Assembly: GCA_021159365.1 (NCBI GenBank)
Contig: JAGGRY010000001.1
Location: 7,543 to 71,542, forward strand
Source: Nitrososphaerota archaeon
GTDB taxonomy: Archaea; Thermoproteota; Nitrososphaeria_A; Caldarchaeales; Wolframiiraptoraceae
Length of the DNA: 64,000 nucleotides
Direction: 5' to 3'
Shown piece after piece: positions 9,132-20,070 of this stretch (the first letter of the stretch is position 1; every line of letters begins with the position of its first letter). The notes below the pieces were generated by a model. That model worked only from the letters and a program-made list of their open reading frames with translations, did no database searches and was not told the DNA's origin. The position numbers and the translations under genes were made by a program.

Positions 9132-10265
9132 TTACGTCATTCCTATTCCAACAGTATTTCCTATTCCTGCGACTATTACTGTCGCGCCGTCATCGATCTT
9201 CTCCAAGATCAATCTCTTAACCTTCTCAACGACTTTTTCAGCAGCTTTCGCGATGTTCTCTCTCATCGGCGTTATCGCTTCAGCTATCGACTCATAGATC
9301 ACGAACGCATACAACGGTATTCCCTTGGCCTTTGAGATCTCCTCGATCTTATATCTCTCGACTCCGATTCCCCCTATCGCCGCCCCAATGCCCTCAATTA
9401 TTTTTCCGCTTTCCTCACCTTCAAGCTTCAATCCGGCGTCGATCGTTATCACGGCCTTAACCTTGTCACCTTCGGCTTCGATGAGCTTCTTAACTCCTTC
9501 ACCAGGTTTTCCAACGGCGCCTCCAGGTCCCTTCGCTCTAAGGACTAGGATTTTCCTTCCATTCCAGAAGGTTTCTTGAACGACTGTATCCTTTGCGATT
9601 TCATAGGTCTTCTTCTCCATTCCATCGATGAGCTTCGCAACCGCCAATACTCCAACCCCGTCTCCTATTGGTTGCCCTTGAGCAAAAGCATAGCTCGACT
9701 GCCTATACGCGTTCGCGATCTCCATCACTTGAGGTAAGATCATCTGGACTTGGAGGACTGTGTAGATGTTCGCGGTCTTCTTTCCGAGAAGGTAATAGTG
9801 GCGGATTATCCTGTAGATGTAATCTAATCCACGTGCAACTTCAACCAAATTCGTCAAAGTCTTTACGGTTTTTTCATCTGCTTTAGGACATAAAGCTCTT
9901 ACTTCATTCTCGAATGTTTCCTCCCAAGTATTCACTATATGTTCCAGCTTATACATGATTCCATAGGGATCTCTGTCGATCGGCTCTATTACAACCGATC
10001 CGAGAAGTCTATCAACTCCTTTATCCACCTCTATGTTCCCATCTGAATACTTGTTTAGATGATTTATCGTTCTCTTCCTCACTTCGTCTCGAAAATATTT
10101 CAGTTTAAGCAGCTTTTTCTCAACATCTCTTAGCATATAGGATAGCTGAATCTTTTGGGAGAATGTTGGGTAGATCAGGAAGAGTAGCATGAAGATGAAC
10201 CAGAGTAAGGACATTAAGAGGGATAAGAGATCTTGCCCACCCGCGAACTGGAAAAGCCAAGACAT
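9132..10265 (-). CDS. DUF1512-family archaeal membrane-anchored protein
   Basis: An N-terminal TM helix followed by a ~340-aa conserved archaeal domain with a glycine-rich C-terminus (VIVAGIGNTVGIG). Confidence 0.45.
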   Translation of the reverse strand: MSWLFQFAGGQDLLSLLMSLLWFIFMLLFLIYPTFSQKIQLSYMLRDVEKKLLKLKYFRDEVRKRTINHLNKYSDGNIEVDKGVDRLLGSVVIEPIDRDPYGIMYKLEHIVNTWEETFENEVRALCPKADEKTVKTLTNLVEVARGLDYIYRIIRHYYLLGKKTANIYTVLQVQMILPQVMEIANAYRQSSYAFAQGQPIGDGVGVLAVAKLIDGMEKKTYEIAKDTVVQETFWNGRKILVLRAKGPGGAVGKPGEGVKKLIEAEGDKVKAVITIDAGLKLEGEESGKIIEGIGAAIGGIGVERYKIEEISKAKGIPLYAFVIYESIAEAITPMRENIAKAAEKVVEKVKRLILEKIDDGATVIVAGIGNTVGIGMT

Positions 10266-10359
10266 TACCTAAACCTGCTCCAAAGCCTAAACGAAAAGAC
10301 ATTCTAAAAAAGCTTTCTCCAGCTAAAGGTTAAAATATCCACATTAATAGATTCATAAT

Positions 10360-10481
10360 GCCTCCCGGTCATAGGAGAGGGGGAAACACCCGAACCCATT
10401 CCGAACTCGGAAGTTAAGCCCCTCTCCGCCCAGCTTGTAGTGGGGTGCGAGAGCCCCCGCGAAGGCTGGGTGCTGGGAGGC
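10360..10481 (+). rRNA. rrf: 5S ribosomal RNA (stand-alone)
   Basis: The conserved CCGAACUCGGAAGUUAAGC core, terminal helix GCCUCCC/GGGAGGC, and GC-rich ~122-nt length identify it. A TTAAAATAT TATA box lies about 25 nt upstream. Confidence 0.85.
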
Positions 10482-10692
10482 ATTTTTCAGCAATCAATGA
10501 CGTTCACTGAATTAGTCCGATAGCATGATGTATCGTAATTCTGATCTGAAGTGATTTTCGTGTGAAGAACTCTTCAAGAGAAGGTTGAATTAATGCTTAG
10601 GCCATGATCACTTCTCCCTTTAAGCTGTCTTCAACAAGCATATGGGGATAATCTTAAAAAATATGCCGTTTAACCATTTAGGAAGAGAGGCT

Positions 10693-11598
10693 ATGAAGAT
10701 CTTCCTAGATACGGCGGATTTAGATGAGATTAAGTTGGCTTGTTCATGGGGCGTGATAGATGGAGTCACGACGAATCCATCCTTGATAAAAAAGGCTGTC
10801 ATGAAGCGCGGTGGAAAAGTGACCATGGAAGAGTATATCAAAGAGATCTTGAGGATCACCCCTGGCCCCGTGAGCTTAGAGGTCATAGGATTAACCGCTG
10901 AAAAGATGGTTGAACAGGCTAAGATGCTCTATAGAAAATTCAGTCCATACGGTCAGCCCGTCATAAAGATTCCGATAAATCCATCCTTCGGGGATGAGAA
11001 CAACATGTTTGATGGATTAAAGGCGATAAGGCAGCTGAGTAGAGATGGAATACCTGTTAACGCGACCTTGATAATGAGCCCAGAACAAGCGATCTTGGCC
11101 GCGAAAGCCGGCGCAACCTATGCAAGCCCATTCGCCGGAAGAATCGATGACTATATTCGTGAGCAGCTGGGAATGAAGCGTGGAGTTCATTTTCAAAAAT
11201 CAGACTACTTCGACTTTAGCTTAATTGGAAAACTTGCGGAGAATAATTTATCGAGGATAATAAGTTCGAAGAACGCGGACTCTCTCTCGGAACTCTACAC
11301 GGATGAGGAAATAGTTTCAGCAACCAGGCTCGGAAACGATAACGGTATCAGGAGCGGGGTCGATTTAGTAAGGAGCATAGTCAAGATCTTCAGGAATTAT
11401 GGATATAAGACCCAGGTCATCGCCTCAAGCATAAGAAATGCAAGGCAAGTTCGGGAGATGGCTGAAGTCGGCGCAGATATCGTAACAATGCCTCTATATG
11501 TGTTGAAGCAGATGATCCAACACTATAAGACACTTGAGGGAATTAAGGCGTTCACCGCCGACATCGTTCCATCATATGCCGAACTGTTTGGTGAATGA
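10693..11598 (+). CDS. tal: transaldolase / fructose-6-phosphate aldolase family (TalC/MipB type) with a ~55-60 aa lineage-specific insertion
   Basis: MKIFLDTADLDEIK...GVTTNPSLI is the class-I aldolase signature. The start was moved to ATG 10693; the ORF-track start at 10642 adds 17 non-conserved residues. Confidence 0.8.
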   Translation: MKIFLDTADLDEIKLACSWGVIDGVTTNPSLIKKAVMKRGGKVTMEEYIKEILRITPGPVSLEVIGLTAEKMVEQAKMLYRKFSPYGQPVIKIPINPSFGDENNMFDGLKAIRQLSRDGIPVNATLIMSPEQAILAAKAGATYASPFAGRIDDYIREQLGMKRGVHFQKSDYFDFSLIGKLAENNLSRIISSKNADSLSELYTDEEIVSATRLGNDNGIRSGVDLVRSIVKIFRNYGYKTQVIASSIRNARQVREMAEVGADIVTMPLYVLKQMIQHYKTLEGIKAFTADIVPSYAELFGE

Positions 11599-11609
11599 GT
11601 TCCGAGAAA

Positions 11610-12326
11610 TCAAGTTTTCTGACGAGAGGTATATCTTAGAGGCTTTAAGGCCGCTTCCCGGAGTTCACGAATCGCCTTCTTAAGATCAGGCTTTCCGAAT
11701 ACCGCTGTTCCCGCTACGAGCACGTCTGCTCCAGCTTCAACGATCTTCGGCGCGGTTTCAACGTTGACTCCTCCATCAACCGCTATCTCCATCTCCAAGC
11801 CTCTTTTTACAAGCTTTCTTCTAGCTCTTCTAATCTTTGGGAGCGTGGATGGTATGAACTCTTGGCCCCCGAAGCCGGGGTTCACGCTCATTATCAGAAT
11901 TAAGTCTAGATCGTCTAAAACATATTCAATCGTGGTTAACGGCGTTGCGGGGTTTAACGCCACCCCACTCTTAACCCCGAAATCCCTTATCATACTCAAA
12001 ACTCTTTGAAGATGAATGCACGCCTCTACATGGACTATTATTAAATCTCCACCAGCTTCAACAACCTTCTCGATATAATCTTCAGGTCTCTCAACCATTA
12101 AGTGGACATAAAATGGTAACTTCGTATGATCTCTTATCGCCTTAACTATGAGTGGGCCGAAGGTTAGGTTTGGGACAAAGTGGCCGTCCATAATGTCGAG
12201 ATGTATCATGTCTGCACCGGCCTCCTCAGCTCTTCTCACTTCATCGCCGAGTTTACTGAAGTCTGCTGAGAGTATGGATGGAGCAATTTTTATTGAATGA
12301 AGTTTATCGTTGCTCATGGATATCAC
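11610..12326 (-). CDS. rpe: ribulose-phosphate 3-epimerase
   Basis: HLDIMDGHFVPNLTFGP and the terminal GGV/VAG motifs. Confidence 0.85.
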   Translation of the reverse strand: MISMSNDKLHSIKIAPSILSADFSKLGDEVRRAEEAGADMIHLDIMDGHFVPNLTFGPLIVKAIRDHTKLPFYVHLMVERPEDYIEKVVEAGGDLIIVHVEACIHLQRVLSMIRDFGVKSGVALNPATPLTTIEYVLDDLDLILIMSVNPGFGGQEFIPSTLPKIRRARRKLVKRGLEMEIAVDGGVNVETAPKIVEAGADVLVAGTAVFGKPDLKKAIRELREAALKPLRYTSRQKT

Positions 12327-13300
12327 TTCTTAAGCTTTAAAACCCTCTTAACGGCTTCAACAATCTCTGAGGAAGTTAAACCATATTTTTTGAGAAGCTC
12401 TTTCCATGGCCCAGACTCGGCGAAGATGTCTTTAACCCCGACGAATTGCATGGGGACGGGATAGCTTTGAACTATTGTTTCAGCGACGGCGCTTCCAAGC
12501 CCCCCTATGATACTATGTTCTTCAGCGGTCACTATTGCGCCCGTCTCCTTAGCCGCCTTAACCAGCAGATCCGCGTCTATCGGCTTTATGGTATGGATGT
12601 TTATGACTCTAGCGCTTATCCCATTTTTCTTCAATTCTTCGAAAGCTTGAAGTGCTTCATAAACCATTAATCCCGTCGCGACTATGGTTACATCGCTTCC
12701 ATCCTTTAGGGTTACTCCTTCACCTATCTTGAAATTCAGCTTTTTTCCCTCAAAGCTGTAATCATCCTCATAGATCACTGGAATCTTGGGTCTTCCAAGC
12801 CTGAGATATGCTGGCCCATAATGTTTAACCAGAGCTTTAACAGCTTCCCTAGTCTCGACTGCATCGGCTGGAACTATCACCGTGACATTTGGAATAACTC
12901 TCATAGAAGCTATGTCCTCAGTGCAATGATGCGATACTCCATCTTCTCCAACACTTATCCCTCCATGTGATGCAACAACCTTAACATTCAAGTTCGGATA
13001 CGCTATGGATTGCCTAAATTGATTATATGCTCTTTGAGTTGCAAAGATCGCGAAGGTGCTTGCAAAGACTATCTTACCACATGAGGCTAATCCCGCCGCA
13101 GCTCCCATCATATTTGCCTCAGCTATCCCAAAGTTGAAGAATCTATCCGGAAACTCTCTCGCAAAATATTGAGTCCTCGTCGACGATGACAAATCCGCAT
13201 CTAAGACTACTATATCCTTATGGATCTTTCCAAGCTCGACTAATGCCTTCCCATAAGCATCTCTTGTGGCCATGGTCTTAACTTCCTTAATCTTACTCAT
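12323..13300 (-). CDS. transketolase, C-terminal (pyrimidine-binding) subunit
   Basis: Split archaeal transketolase: a 325-aa Pyr plus C-terminal domain. Its stop overlaps the rpe start. Confidence 0.85.
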   Translation of the reverse strand: MSKIKEVKTMATRDAYGKALVELGKIHKDIVVLDADLSSSTRTQYFAREFPDRFFNFGIAEANMMGAAAGLASCGKIVFASTFAIFATQRAYNQFRQSIAYPNLNVKVVASHGGISVGEDGVSHHCTEDIASMRVIPNVTVIVPADAVETREAVKALVKHYGPAYLRLGRPKIPVIYEDDYSFEGKKLNFKIGEGVTLKDGSDVTIVATGLMVYEALQAFEELKKNGISARVINIHTIKPIDADLLVKAAKETGAIVTAEEHSIIGGLGSAVAETIVQSYPVPMQFVGVKDIFAESGPWKELLKKYGLTSSEIVEAVKRVLKLKK

Positions 13301-13372
13301 TCTCTTTACCCTCCATTAATCCAGCATGAAGTTGCTTTTAAACTTCTAGAAGACGTGAGCCTTCTCCGAAAA

Positions 13373-14257
13373 TCACTCTATGGACAATAGCTTTTCTTGA
13401 AGTTCAAGTTCTTTTAAAGCGAGTTTAAGCTGCTCCTCAGTCAATGGTTTTCCATGAAACTCCACCTTTCCTTCCATGAATGATATTCCCTTACCTTTAA
13501 TTGTGTGAGCTATTATCGCGGTCGGTTTACCCTTAATTCTTTCAGCGAAATCTAATGCATCCAAGATCTGTCTAACATTGTGGCCGTCTATCTCGATTAC
13601 GTGCCATCCAAATGCTTCCCATTTCTCCGCAATGGGCTCAATGCTCATAATCTGATTAACAGGACCATCGAGTTGCAATCCATTATAATCTATTATCGCT
13701 AGAAGGTTATCGAGTCTATAATGTGCGGCGGACATGGCGGCTTCCCAAACCTGACCTTCATCAAGTTCCCCGTCACCTAAGAGGACATAGACTCGATATG
13801 ATTTCTTATCGATTCTTCCAGCTAAAGCCATTCCAACTCCGATCGATAAGCCTTGACCTAAGCTTCCAGTTGATGCTTCAACGCCAGGAGTCTTTTTCAT
13901 ATCGGGATGGCCTTGAAGGATCGAACCTATCTTTCTCAGAGTCCAGAGAGCCTCTCTGGGAAAGAATCCGGCTCTCGATAAGGCCGAGTAAAGTGCTGGA
14001 CATATATGGCCTTTTGAGAGAACAAATCTATCTCTATCCTCCCACTGCGGGTTTTCAGGATCATATCTTAAGTGATGGAAGTATAGGCATGCAATTATCT
14101 CTGCAGCTGATAGAGATCCTCCTGGATGCCCTGAGCCGGCTTTAGTGGTCATTAATAGGACATCTTTCCTAATCTCTAATGCTATCTTTCTAAGTCTTTG
14201 AATGAGTTCTTCATCATGAGGTTCATCTTTATGATCGAATACTGTCATGGCCTTCAA
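13373..14257 (-). CDS. transketolase, N-terminal (TPP-binding) subunit
   Basis: GHPGGSLS, GDGELDEG and a TPP-binding fold, 294 aa. Confidence 0.85.
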   Translation of the reverse strand: MKAMTVFDHKDEPHDEELIQRLRKIALEIRKDVLLMTTKAGSGHPGGSLSAAEIIACLYFHHLRYDPENPQWEDRDRFVLSKGHICPALYSALSRAGFFPREALWTLRKIGSILQGHPDMKKTPGVEASTGSLGQGLSIGVGMALAGRIDKKSYRVYVLLGDGELDEGQVWEAAMSAAHYRLDNLLAIIDYNGLQLDGPVNQIMSIEPIAEKWEAFGWHVIEIDGHNVRQILDALDFAERIKGKPTAIIAHTIKGKGISFMEGKVEFHGKPLTEEQLKLALKELELQEKLLSIE

Positions 14258-14336
14258 GTCAATTCGTTCTCATCAATTATTTAGGTTTAAAGTGATCCAT
14301 GCGCAACAGTTTGTAAAAATATTTTGGATGATGATC

Positions 14337-16367
14337 TCAGCTTTCCTTCTCTCCCATCGCCTTCTTTAGCTCTTCAACGGCCTTAATCGCTTCTTGAATC
14401 GAGGAAGCATCTTCGAGTGTTGATACATCTCCGAGCTTGGCTCCGCTTACAACAGCCTTCAAAAGCCTTCTCATGATCTTTCCGCTTCTGGTCTTCGGTA
14501 GCTTTGAGACGAAGTATATTGCTTCGGGGGTGGCGATCGGGCCTATCCGCTTCCTAATCCAACTTCTGAGCTCTTTTCTGAGATCTTCGCTCGGCTCATA
14601 TCCTTCTTTGAGGGTTACGAAGGCGACTATGCTTTCACCCTTGACCTCGTGAGGCTTCCCGATCACCGCGGCTTCAGATATCGCTGGATGCTCTATGAAC
14701 GCGCTCTCAAGCTCTATGGTCCCAATTCTATGACCTGCTACCTTGATCACTTCATCGGCTCTCCCCATGAACTTAATGTATCCCTCTTCATCCTTCATGG
14801 CATAGTCTCCAGTGTAGTAGACCGCTGGAGGCTTGATCTTGAACTCAAGCTCTTCGCTTGGCTGGAACTTAGCCCAATAAACTCGCCTATACCTATCCGG
14901 ATCTCTCCAAAGAGTCATGAGCATTCCAGGCCAAGGAGCTAAGATCACTAGATAGCCTCTCTCATAGGGCTTTACAGGCTTCCCTTCATCATTAACGACC
15001 TCTGCGTGAACTCCTGGGAGACCATAGGTCACCGAAAAGTTAGGTTTAAGCGGCACGAGCTCTATTCCTGGAGCTGGTGAGATCATGAATCCGCCGGTCT
15101 CGGTCTGCCACCAAGTATCGATTATTGGGCATCTCTCCTTTCCAATCACCCTATAGTACCATTCCCAAGACTCTGGATCTATCGGCTCTCCAACGGTTCC
15201 AAGGATCCTCAAGGTGCTTAGATCATGCTTGTTAATCCACTCTTCTCCATATCTCATATGCATTCTAATCGCCGTTGGAGCCGTGTAGAATTCAGTCACT
15301 CCATACTTCTCGATTATCTCCCACCATCTATCTGGTGATGGATAATCTGGGGCACCATCATACATCACCTGCGTCACTCCATGCAGTAGAGGCGCATATA
15401 CTATGTAGCTGTGGCCTGTTATCCAGCCTATGTCAGCCGTGCACCACCATATATCATCAGGCTTGGGATCAAACGCCCATTTCATCGTCGCCCAAACCCA
15501 TACGAGATAGCCTCCAGTGCTGTGAACTACTCCTTTGGGCTTGCCAGTTGTTCCACTAGTATAGAGGATGAAGAGCGGGTCCGTCGCTTCGACTGGAACT
15601 GGTGGACAATATGGTTCGGCGTCTTTCATCAGTTCATGCCACCAGAGATCTCTTCCTTCGGTCATCGGCGTATCCTCTACTCCAACCCTCTTAACCACGA
15701 CAACCTTCTCTACGCTCTTAGTCTGTTTAAGCGCCTCATCAGCACTCTTCTTAAGGTGAATTAACTTACCCCTCCTATAGAAGGCGTCGGCTGTTATCAA
15801 GATCTTTGCCTCCGCGTCGTTTATCCTATCGGCAAGAGCCGATGCGCTGAATCCTGAGAAGACCACGCTGTGAAGCGCTCCAATTCTCACACAGGCTAGC
15901 ATGGCTATTGGAAGCTCTGGGATCATTGGGAGATAGATGGAGACCCTGTCTCCTTTCTTCACTCCAAGCTTCTTCAAGACATTTGCGAATTTGTTGACCT
16001 CCTTCCAGAGTTGATAATAGGTTAAGGTTCTCGTTACCCCCTCTTCGCCTTCCCAGAAGTATGCGACTTTATTCTTGTTCCCATTCTTTAGATTTACGTC
16101 TAGGCAGTTGTAGGACGCGTTGAGAACTCCTCCAACAAACCATTTGGCGAAAGGTGGATCCCAGACTAAGACCTTATCCCATCGCTTAAACCACACCAGA
16201 TTCTCGGCTATCTCCGACCAGAATCCCTCCGGATCTTCAAGCGCCCTTCTCCGAAACTCTTTCAACCTTCCACCAAAATATGTTTTCCGTACCTCTTCTC
16301 CCTCGTAAATCTCCGAAGACGACTTCTCTTCACTCATGGTTAACACCCTTACCAAGGGAGACCTCAA
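14337..16367 (-). CDS. acs: acetyl-CoA synthetase (AMP-forming)
   Basis: [14 protein letters not shown]-binding motif, 676 aa with full-length Acs architecture. Confidence 0.85.
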   Translation of the reverse strand: MRSPLVRVLTMSEEKSSSEIYEGEEVRKTYFGGRLKEFRRRALEDPEGFWSEIAENLVWFKRWDKVLVWDPPFAKWFVGGVLNASYNCLDVNLKNGNKNKVAYFWEGEEGVTRTLTYYQLWKEVNKFANVLKKLGVKKGDRVSIYLPMIPELPIAMLACVRIGALHSVVFSGFSASALADRINDAEAKILITADAFYRRGKLIHLKKSADEALKQTKSVEKVVVVKRVGVEDTPMTEGRDLWWHELMKDAEPYCPPVPVEATDPLFILYTSGTTGKPKGVVHSTGGYLVWVWATMKWAFDPKPDDIWWCTADIGWITGHSYIVYAPLLHGVTQVMYDGAPDYPSPDRWWEIIEKYGVTEFYTAPTAIRMHMRYGEEWINKHDLSTLRILGTVGEPIDPESWEWYYRVIGKERCPIIDTWWQTETGGFMISPAPGIELVPLKPNFSVTYGLPGVHAEVVNDEGKPVKPYERGYLVILAPWPGMLMTLWRDPDRYRRVYWAKFQPSEELEFKIKPPAVYYTGDYAMKDEEGYIKFMGRADEVIKVAGHRIGTIELESAFIEHPAISEAAVIGKPHEVKGESIVAFVTLKEGYEPSEDLRKELRSWIRKRIGPIATPEAIYFVSKLPKTRSGKIMRRLLKAVVSGAKLGDVSTLEDASSIQEAIKAVEELKKAMGEKES

Positions 16368-16437
16368 GAAAAGCTCTTAAAAAACATTAGGTCGAGAAAC
16401 AAGTTTTTAGCCGCTCATAAGATCTTCCAAGTCGAAG

Positions 16438-17394
16438 ATGGATACTCGCTCTGTAAAGGGTTTGAGCTTGGGAACATGCTCGAGCTGTGGTAAGAGAACA
16501 CCCATCTATTTCAGGAGATACTCCGGAGTTAAGCTTTGCTCAACATGCTTTAAGGAGGATTTCGTCAAGAGAGTTAGGAGAACCATATCGAGATATGGGC
16601 TTTTCAGATACGATGACAGAATTGTCGTCGCGGTTTCAGGCGGAAAGGATAGCTTAGTCCTCCTAAAAATTTTGTATGAGATTGAGCAAGACTTTCCGAA
16701 ATCAGAGCTCTTAGCGGTCTTAATAGATGAGGGAATAGATTCTTATCGTCTAGATGGCTTAAGGACTTCAAGGGAGATCGCAAGGATCTTAAATATAGAA
16801 TTACATGAAACTTCCTTCAAAGACTTGTATGGGTTCACGCTAGGTGAAGTCGTCAAGTCAGGAATCGCTGAGAAACTGAAACTTAATCCATGCACAATAT
16901 GTGGGATCTTAAGGAGAAAAGCCCTTGTCACGGTCGCTAGAAAGCTGAGAGCTACAGTCATAGCCACCGCCCATACGCTCGACGACATCGTCCAAACATA
17001 TCTCTTAAACCTATTGAGAGGTGAGAAGAACCTTAGACCTATAGGCTTGAGGAGAGAGGTTGAGAACATCATTCCTAGGGTTGCACCGCTTAGATTGACT
17101 CCGCAGAGAGAACTCGCCCTCTATGCATATCTTGAAGGAATCCCGTTTCAATCAAGGACCTGCCCATACACCCATGAATCCATGAGAGATGAGATAAGAA
17201 ATTTCCTAACCCTATATGACTATAAGTATACTGGAAGTCTCTACGCATTCCTTAACATGTTCGAGAGAATTCTTGGGAAGATCCCACAGCCAGCGGAGGT
17301 TAATAGATGTGAGATCTGCGGCGAACCAACTGATAGAAGGATATGTAGGGCATGTGAGATAGTTCTCTCGATAAGGAGTCTCTTGAAGAATTAG
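16438..17394 (+). CDS. tRNA thiolation PP-loop ATPase, TtuA/Ncs6 family
   Basis: N-terminal Zn finger CSSCG...CSTCF, PP-loop SGGKDS, and a C-terminal CEICG...CRAC cluster. Confidence 0.65.
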   Translation: MDTRSVKGLSLGTCSSCGKRTPIYFRRYSGVKLCSTCFKEDFVKRVRRTISRYGLFRYDDRIVVAVSGGKDSLVLLKILYEIEQDFPKSELLAVLIDEGIDSYRLDGLRTSREIARILNIELHETSFKDLYGFTLGEVVKSGIAEKLKLNPCTICGILRRKALVTVARKLRATVIATAHTLDDIVQTYLLNLLRGEKNLRPIGLRREVENIIPRVAPLRLTPQRELALYAYLEGIPFQSRTCPYTHESMRDEIRNFLTLYDYKYTGSLYAFLNMFERILGKIPQPAEVNRCEICGEPTDRRICRACEIVLSIRSLLKN

Positions 17395-18533
17395 AGTTGG
17401 AAGAACCCGAACGTCTTATAAGTGAACATTATGTTCAACATCAGGAGTGTTATGCATATGGAGGTTAATCCCATGTTAAGCATCTTCAACTTTCTCTCAT
17501 CTCTTATCCAAAATTCAAGTAAAGAGCTCAGAAACAGGCTTCCATCTAGGAAGTATATGGGGAGCATATTGAATATGGCTACGCCTAGAGCGACTAGCTG
17601 AATCCACCAAAACACCTTATATGCATTATACTCGGCCATGGGATCTCCAAGATGAATTCTCATAGGGCGATAGTAGTCTATTCTCTTCACACCTATTCCT
17701 CTCAGAATCCAGGCCGTGGGCATGTTGATAGACTTCTTCAACCTATATGAGATATTACCTCTCATAGTCTCCACTATAATCATATCCTTAGCGGTGATGT
17801 TTTGGAAAAGCGTCCCTTGATTTACTGGAACCCCATTAACCCCAACTATAACGTCTCCGACACCTATCTTCGTAGCATTCCCCTCAACTTCTAAGACTAT
17901 TACTCCAGACTCCATTGGAAGAAACAATCCCATCATTAGAGATATTGCGAGTAAACCGACAACTAAGTTTGCAAAACTTCCAGCTGCCGCAATTCTCATC
18001 TTAGTTTTGGGAGGAGCTTTGTTAAACTCCTCTTCATCGGGTTCAACAAATCCTCCAGGAAATATGAATACCAAGAAGAAGCCCGTGGACTTCAACCTGA
18101 TCTTTTCAAGTCTTGCCACAAGTCCATGCATCCCCTCATGTGTTATCAAGACTATCCCTAAGGCTAGTAGGATGTACGGTAGATGCTCAAGCTTTATCGT
18201 CACACCTATGATTAATGGAACCACTATGTTCTGCGGGCCGACCTGTTGAGGAGCGAACAAATATGTTCCAAGGTTCTTTGCGAGAAAATAGATTGAGAAT
18301 GCTGTGAGGCCGAATCCTATGGCCACCCCAATATTTGAGAGAACCATCCAGAGGAGCGGGGATTTATCGACCACTTTATCGAAGAACTCTATAGCCCTTC
18401 TTGATCGTAATACAAATGCTAAGGGATAGAGTTTGAGATTTCCGAGGCTTTCTCGCGAGAAAACTCCTCTTAGAATCAGGTAAATTAAAAGCCAGCCCGC
18501 CGCCAACACTAATAGACATAGATAAATGACCAT
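17391..18533 (-). CDS. site-2 protease (M50) family membrane metalloprotease with PDZ domain
   Basis: HEGMHG (HExxH within a TM helix), multiple TM helices, and a central PDZ-like segment. Confidence 0.7.
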   Translation of the reverse strand: MVIYLCLLVLAAGWLLIYLILRGVFSRESLGNLKLYPLAFVLRSRRAIEFFDKVVDKSPLLWMVLSNIGVAIGFGLTAFSIYFLAKNLGTYLFAPQQVGPQNIVVPLIIGVTIKLEHLPYILLALGIVLITHEGMHGLVARLEKIRLKSTGFFLVFIFPGGFVEPDEEEFNKAPPKTKMRIAAAGSFANLVVGLLAISLMMGLFLPMESGVIVLEVEGNATKIGVGDVIVGVNGVPVNQGTLFQNITAKDMIIVETMRGNISYRLKKSINMPTAWILRGIGVKRIDYYRPMRIHLGDPMAEYNAYKVFWWIQLVALGVAIFNMLPIYFLDGSLFLSSLLEFWIRDERKLKMLNMGLTSICITLLMLNIMFTYKTFGFFQL

Positions 18534-18619
18534 TGCTCAGTAGGTAGCTTAAAATTGGTCAAGATAAAGATTGGTAAGCTCTTCGCTATTGTAGATCTAA
18601 TTAAAATTCGTTGATTTTT

Positions 18620-19717
18620 CTAGATCAGCGCCTTCTCAGTCTTCGCGTCGAATACGTGCAACTGCTCAACCGGGAATCCTACCCAAACCTTCTGGCCCGA
18701 TGGAGGAATCTCGACCGTCGGTGGAGTAACGGCCTTTAACAAGTATTCGCCGGCCTTGAGGTCCACCACTATCCTCGATCCCATGGGCTCTATGACGTAT
18801 ACATCCGCTTGGAAGACGGAGTTCGCGTCCTTCTCTTTTGATAGCGCTATGTGTTCAGGTCTGAAGCCTATGATGACCTCGCTTCCAGATGCTCCCTTCT
18901 TCACGACTTCACCTAAATCCTTCTCAAGCTCATATTGGAAGAATCCGGCGTCAAGTATTATTCTTGAGTCCTTTTCAATAATTGAAGCCTTGATGAAGTT
19001 CATCGGCGGGCTTCCAATAAACCCTGCAACGAATAGGTTTGCAGGCCTTTCATAGACGTGACGGGGCTCGTCATATTGGAGGATCTTGCCCTTATTCATC
19101 ACGGCAACCCTATCGGCCATGGCCATGGCCTCAGCCTGATCGTGAGTTACGTAGATTGTCGTGATCTTTAGGTCTTTTTGAAGCTTCTTAAGCTCAGCTC
19201 TCATGTAGACTCTAAGCTTGGCGTCTAAGTTGCTGAGAGGCTCGTCCATAAGCCATACTCGCGGATTTCTTACCAAGGCTCTTCCTAGGGCGACTCTCTG
19301 CTGCTGGCCTCCGCTAAGTTGCCTAGGCTTCCTATCTAATAGCTCCTCAATCCTTAGTAATTTAGCAACCTCCCTTACACGCTTATCAATCTCCTGCTTC
19401 GGATATTTCCTCATCTTTAATGGGAAGGCGAGATTTCCATAAACGGTCATGTGGGGATAGAGAGCATAGCTCTGGAAGACCATAGCGATATCTCTATCCT
19501 TTGGAGGAAGATCATTTACCATTCTGTCATCGATATAGATTTCACCCTCATCAGGAGTCTCAAGTCCAGCTATACATCTTAAGGTTGTAGTCTTCCCACA
19601 TCCAGATGGACCCAATAGAACTATAAATTCACCATCTTTTACATTGAAGCTTATTCCATTGACAGCAACAGTCTTATCAAATTTCTTTACTAGATTGACG
19701 ACTTTAACCTTACTCAT
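18620..19717 (-). CDS. ABC transporter ATP-binding protein, MalK/UgpC-like with C-terminal TOBE domain
   Basis: Walker A GPSGCGKTT, signature LSGGQQQRVALGRAL, Walker B LMDEPLSNLD. The start was moved to ATG 19717 (MSKVKVV...). No permease or binding-protein genes are adjacent. Confidence 0.8.
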   Translation of the reverse strand: MSKVKVVNLVKKFDKTVAVNGISFNVKDGEFIVLLGPSGCGKTTTLRCIAGLETPDEGEIYIDDRMVNDLPPKDRDIAMVFQSYALYPHMTVYGNLAFPLKMRKYPKQEIDKRVREVAKLLRIEELLDRKPRQLSGGQQQRVALGRALVRNPRVWLMDEPLSNLDAKLRVYMRAELKKLQKDLKITTIYVTHDQAEAMAMADRVAVMNKGKILQYDEPRHVYERPANLFVAGFIGSPPMNFIKASIIEKDSRIILDAGFFQYELEKDLGEVVKKGASGSEVIIGFRPEHIALSKEKDANSVFQADVYVIEPMGSRIVVDLKAGEYLLKAVTPPTVEIPPSGQKVWVGFPVEQLHVFDAKTEKALI

Positions 19718-20070
19718 CTCAAGTGGGTAGCTGAGCAACTTTTTAAAAAAACTTTCCTCCGAAAAATCCGCCAATTTCCCTCTCACGCGGCGTTATTCCG
19801 CGTTTTTACGAAACCATTTGAAAAACGGTCTCACATTAATTCTATGGGAGCCGGAACATCTATTCCTTGCTCCTTCGAATCTAGCTCACGTCCTCAACCT
19901 TTCCCAAACTTATGGAGTTTATTGAGGCTCGAGTGAGGGCTACTCATCAGCCTCAATTCTGAGAATCTTAAATCTTTAGATGGGGGTGGCGCTCAATGGA
20001 AGGGAAAACCGTAAATAATGAGGTTAAGAAACTTATGGTCGAAGATCTAGCCCTGCGAGGGGATTAAACC

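Noticed and set aside
10642-10692. Upstream extension of the transaldolase ORF (start at 10642).
   Set aside because: The conserved family N-terminus MKIFLDTA begins at ATG 10693. The extra 17 residues are not conserved and overlap the likely promoter.
19718-19786. N-terminal 23-aa extension of the ABC ATPase ORF.
   Set aside because: ABC ATPases of this family start directly with the MSKVKV-type beta-strand. The extension has no homology.
19900-19990. A possible C/D-box sRNA around the 9-bp inverted repeat.
   Set aside because: A UGAUGA C-box is present on the minus strand only. No matching D box (CUGA) lies at the right spacing, and there are no terminal-stem or guide features. Kept only as an unexplained hairpin.
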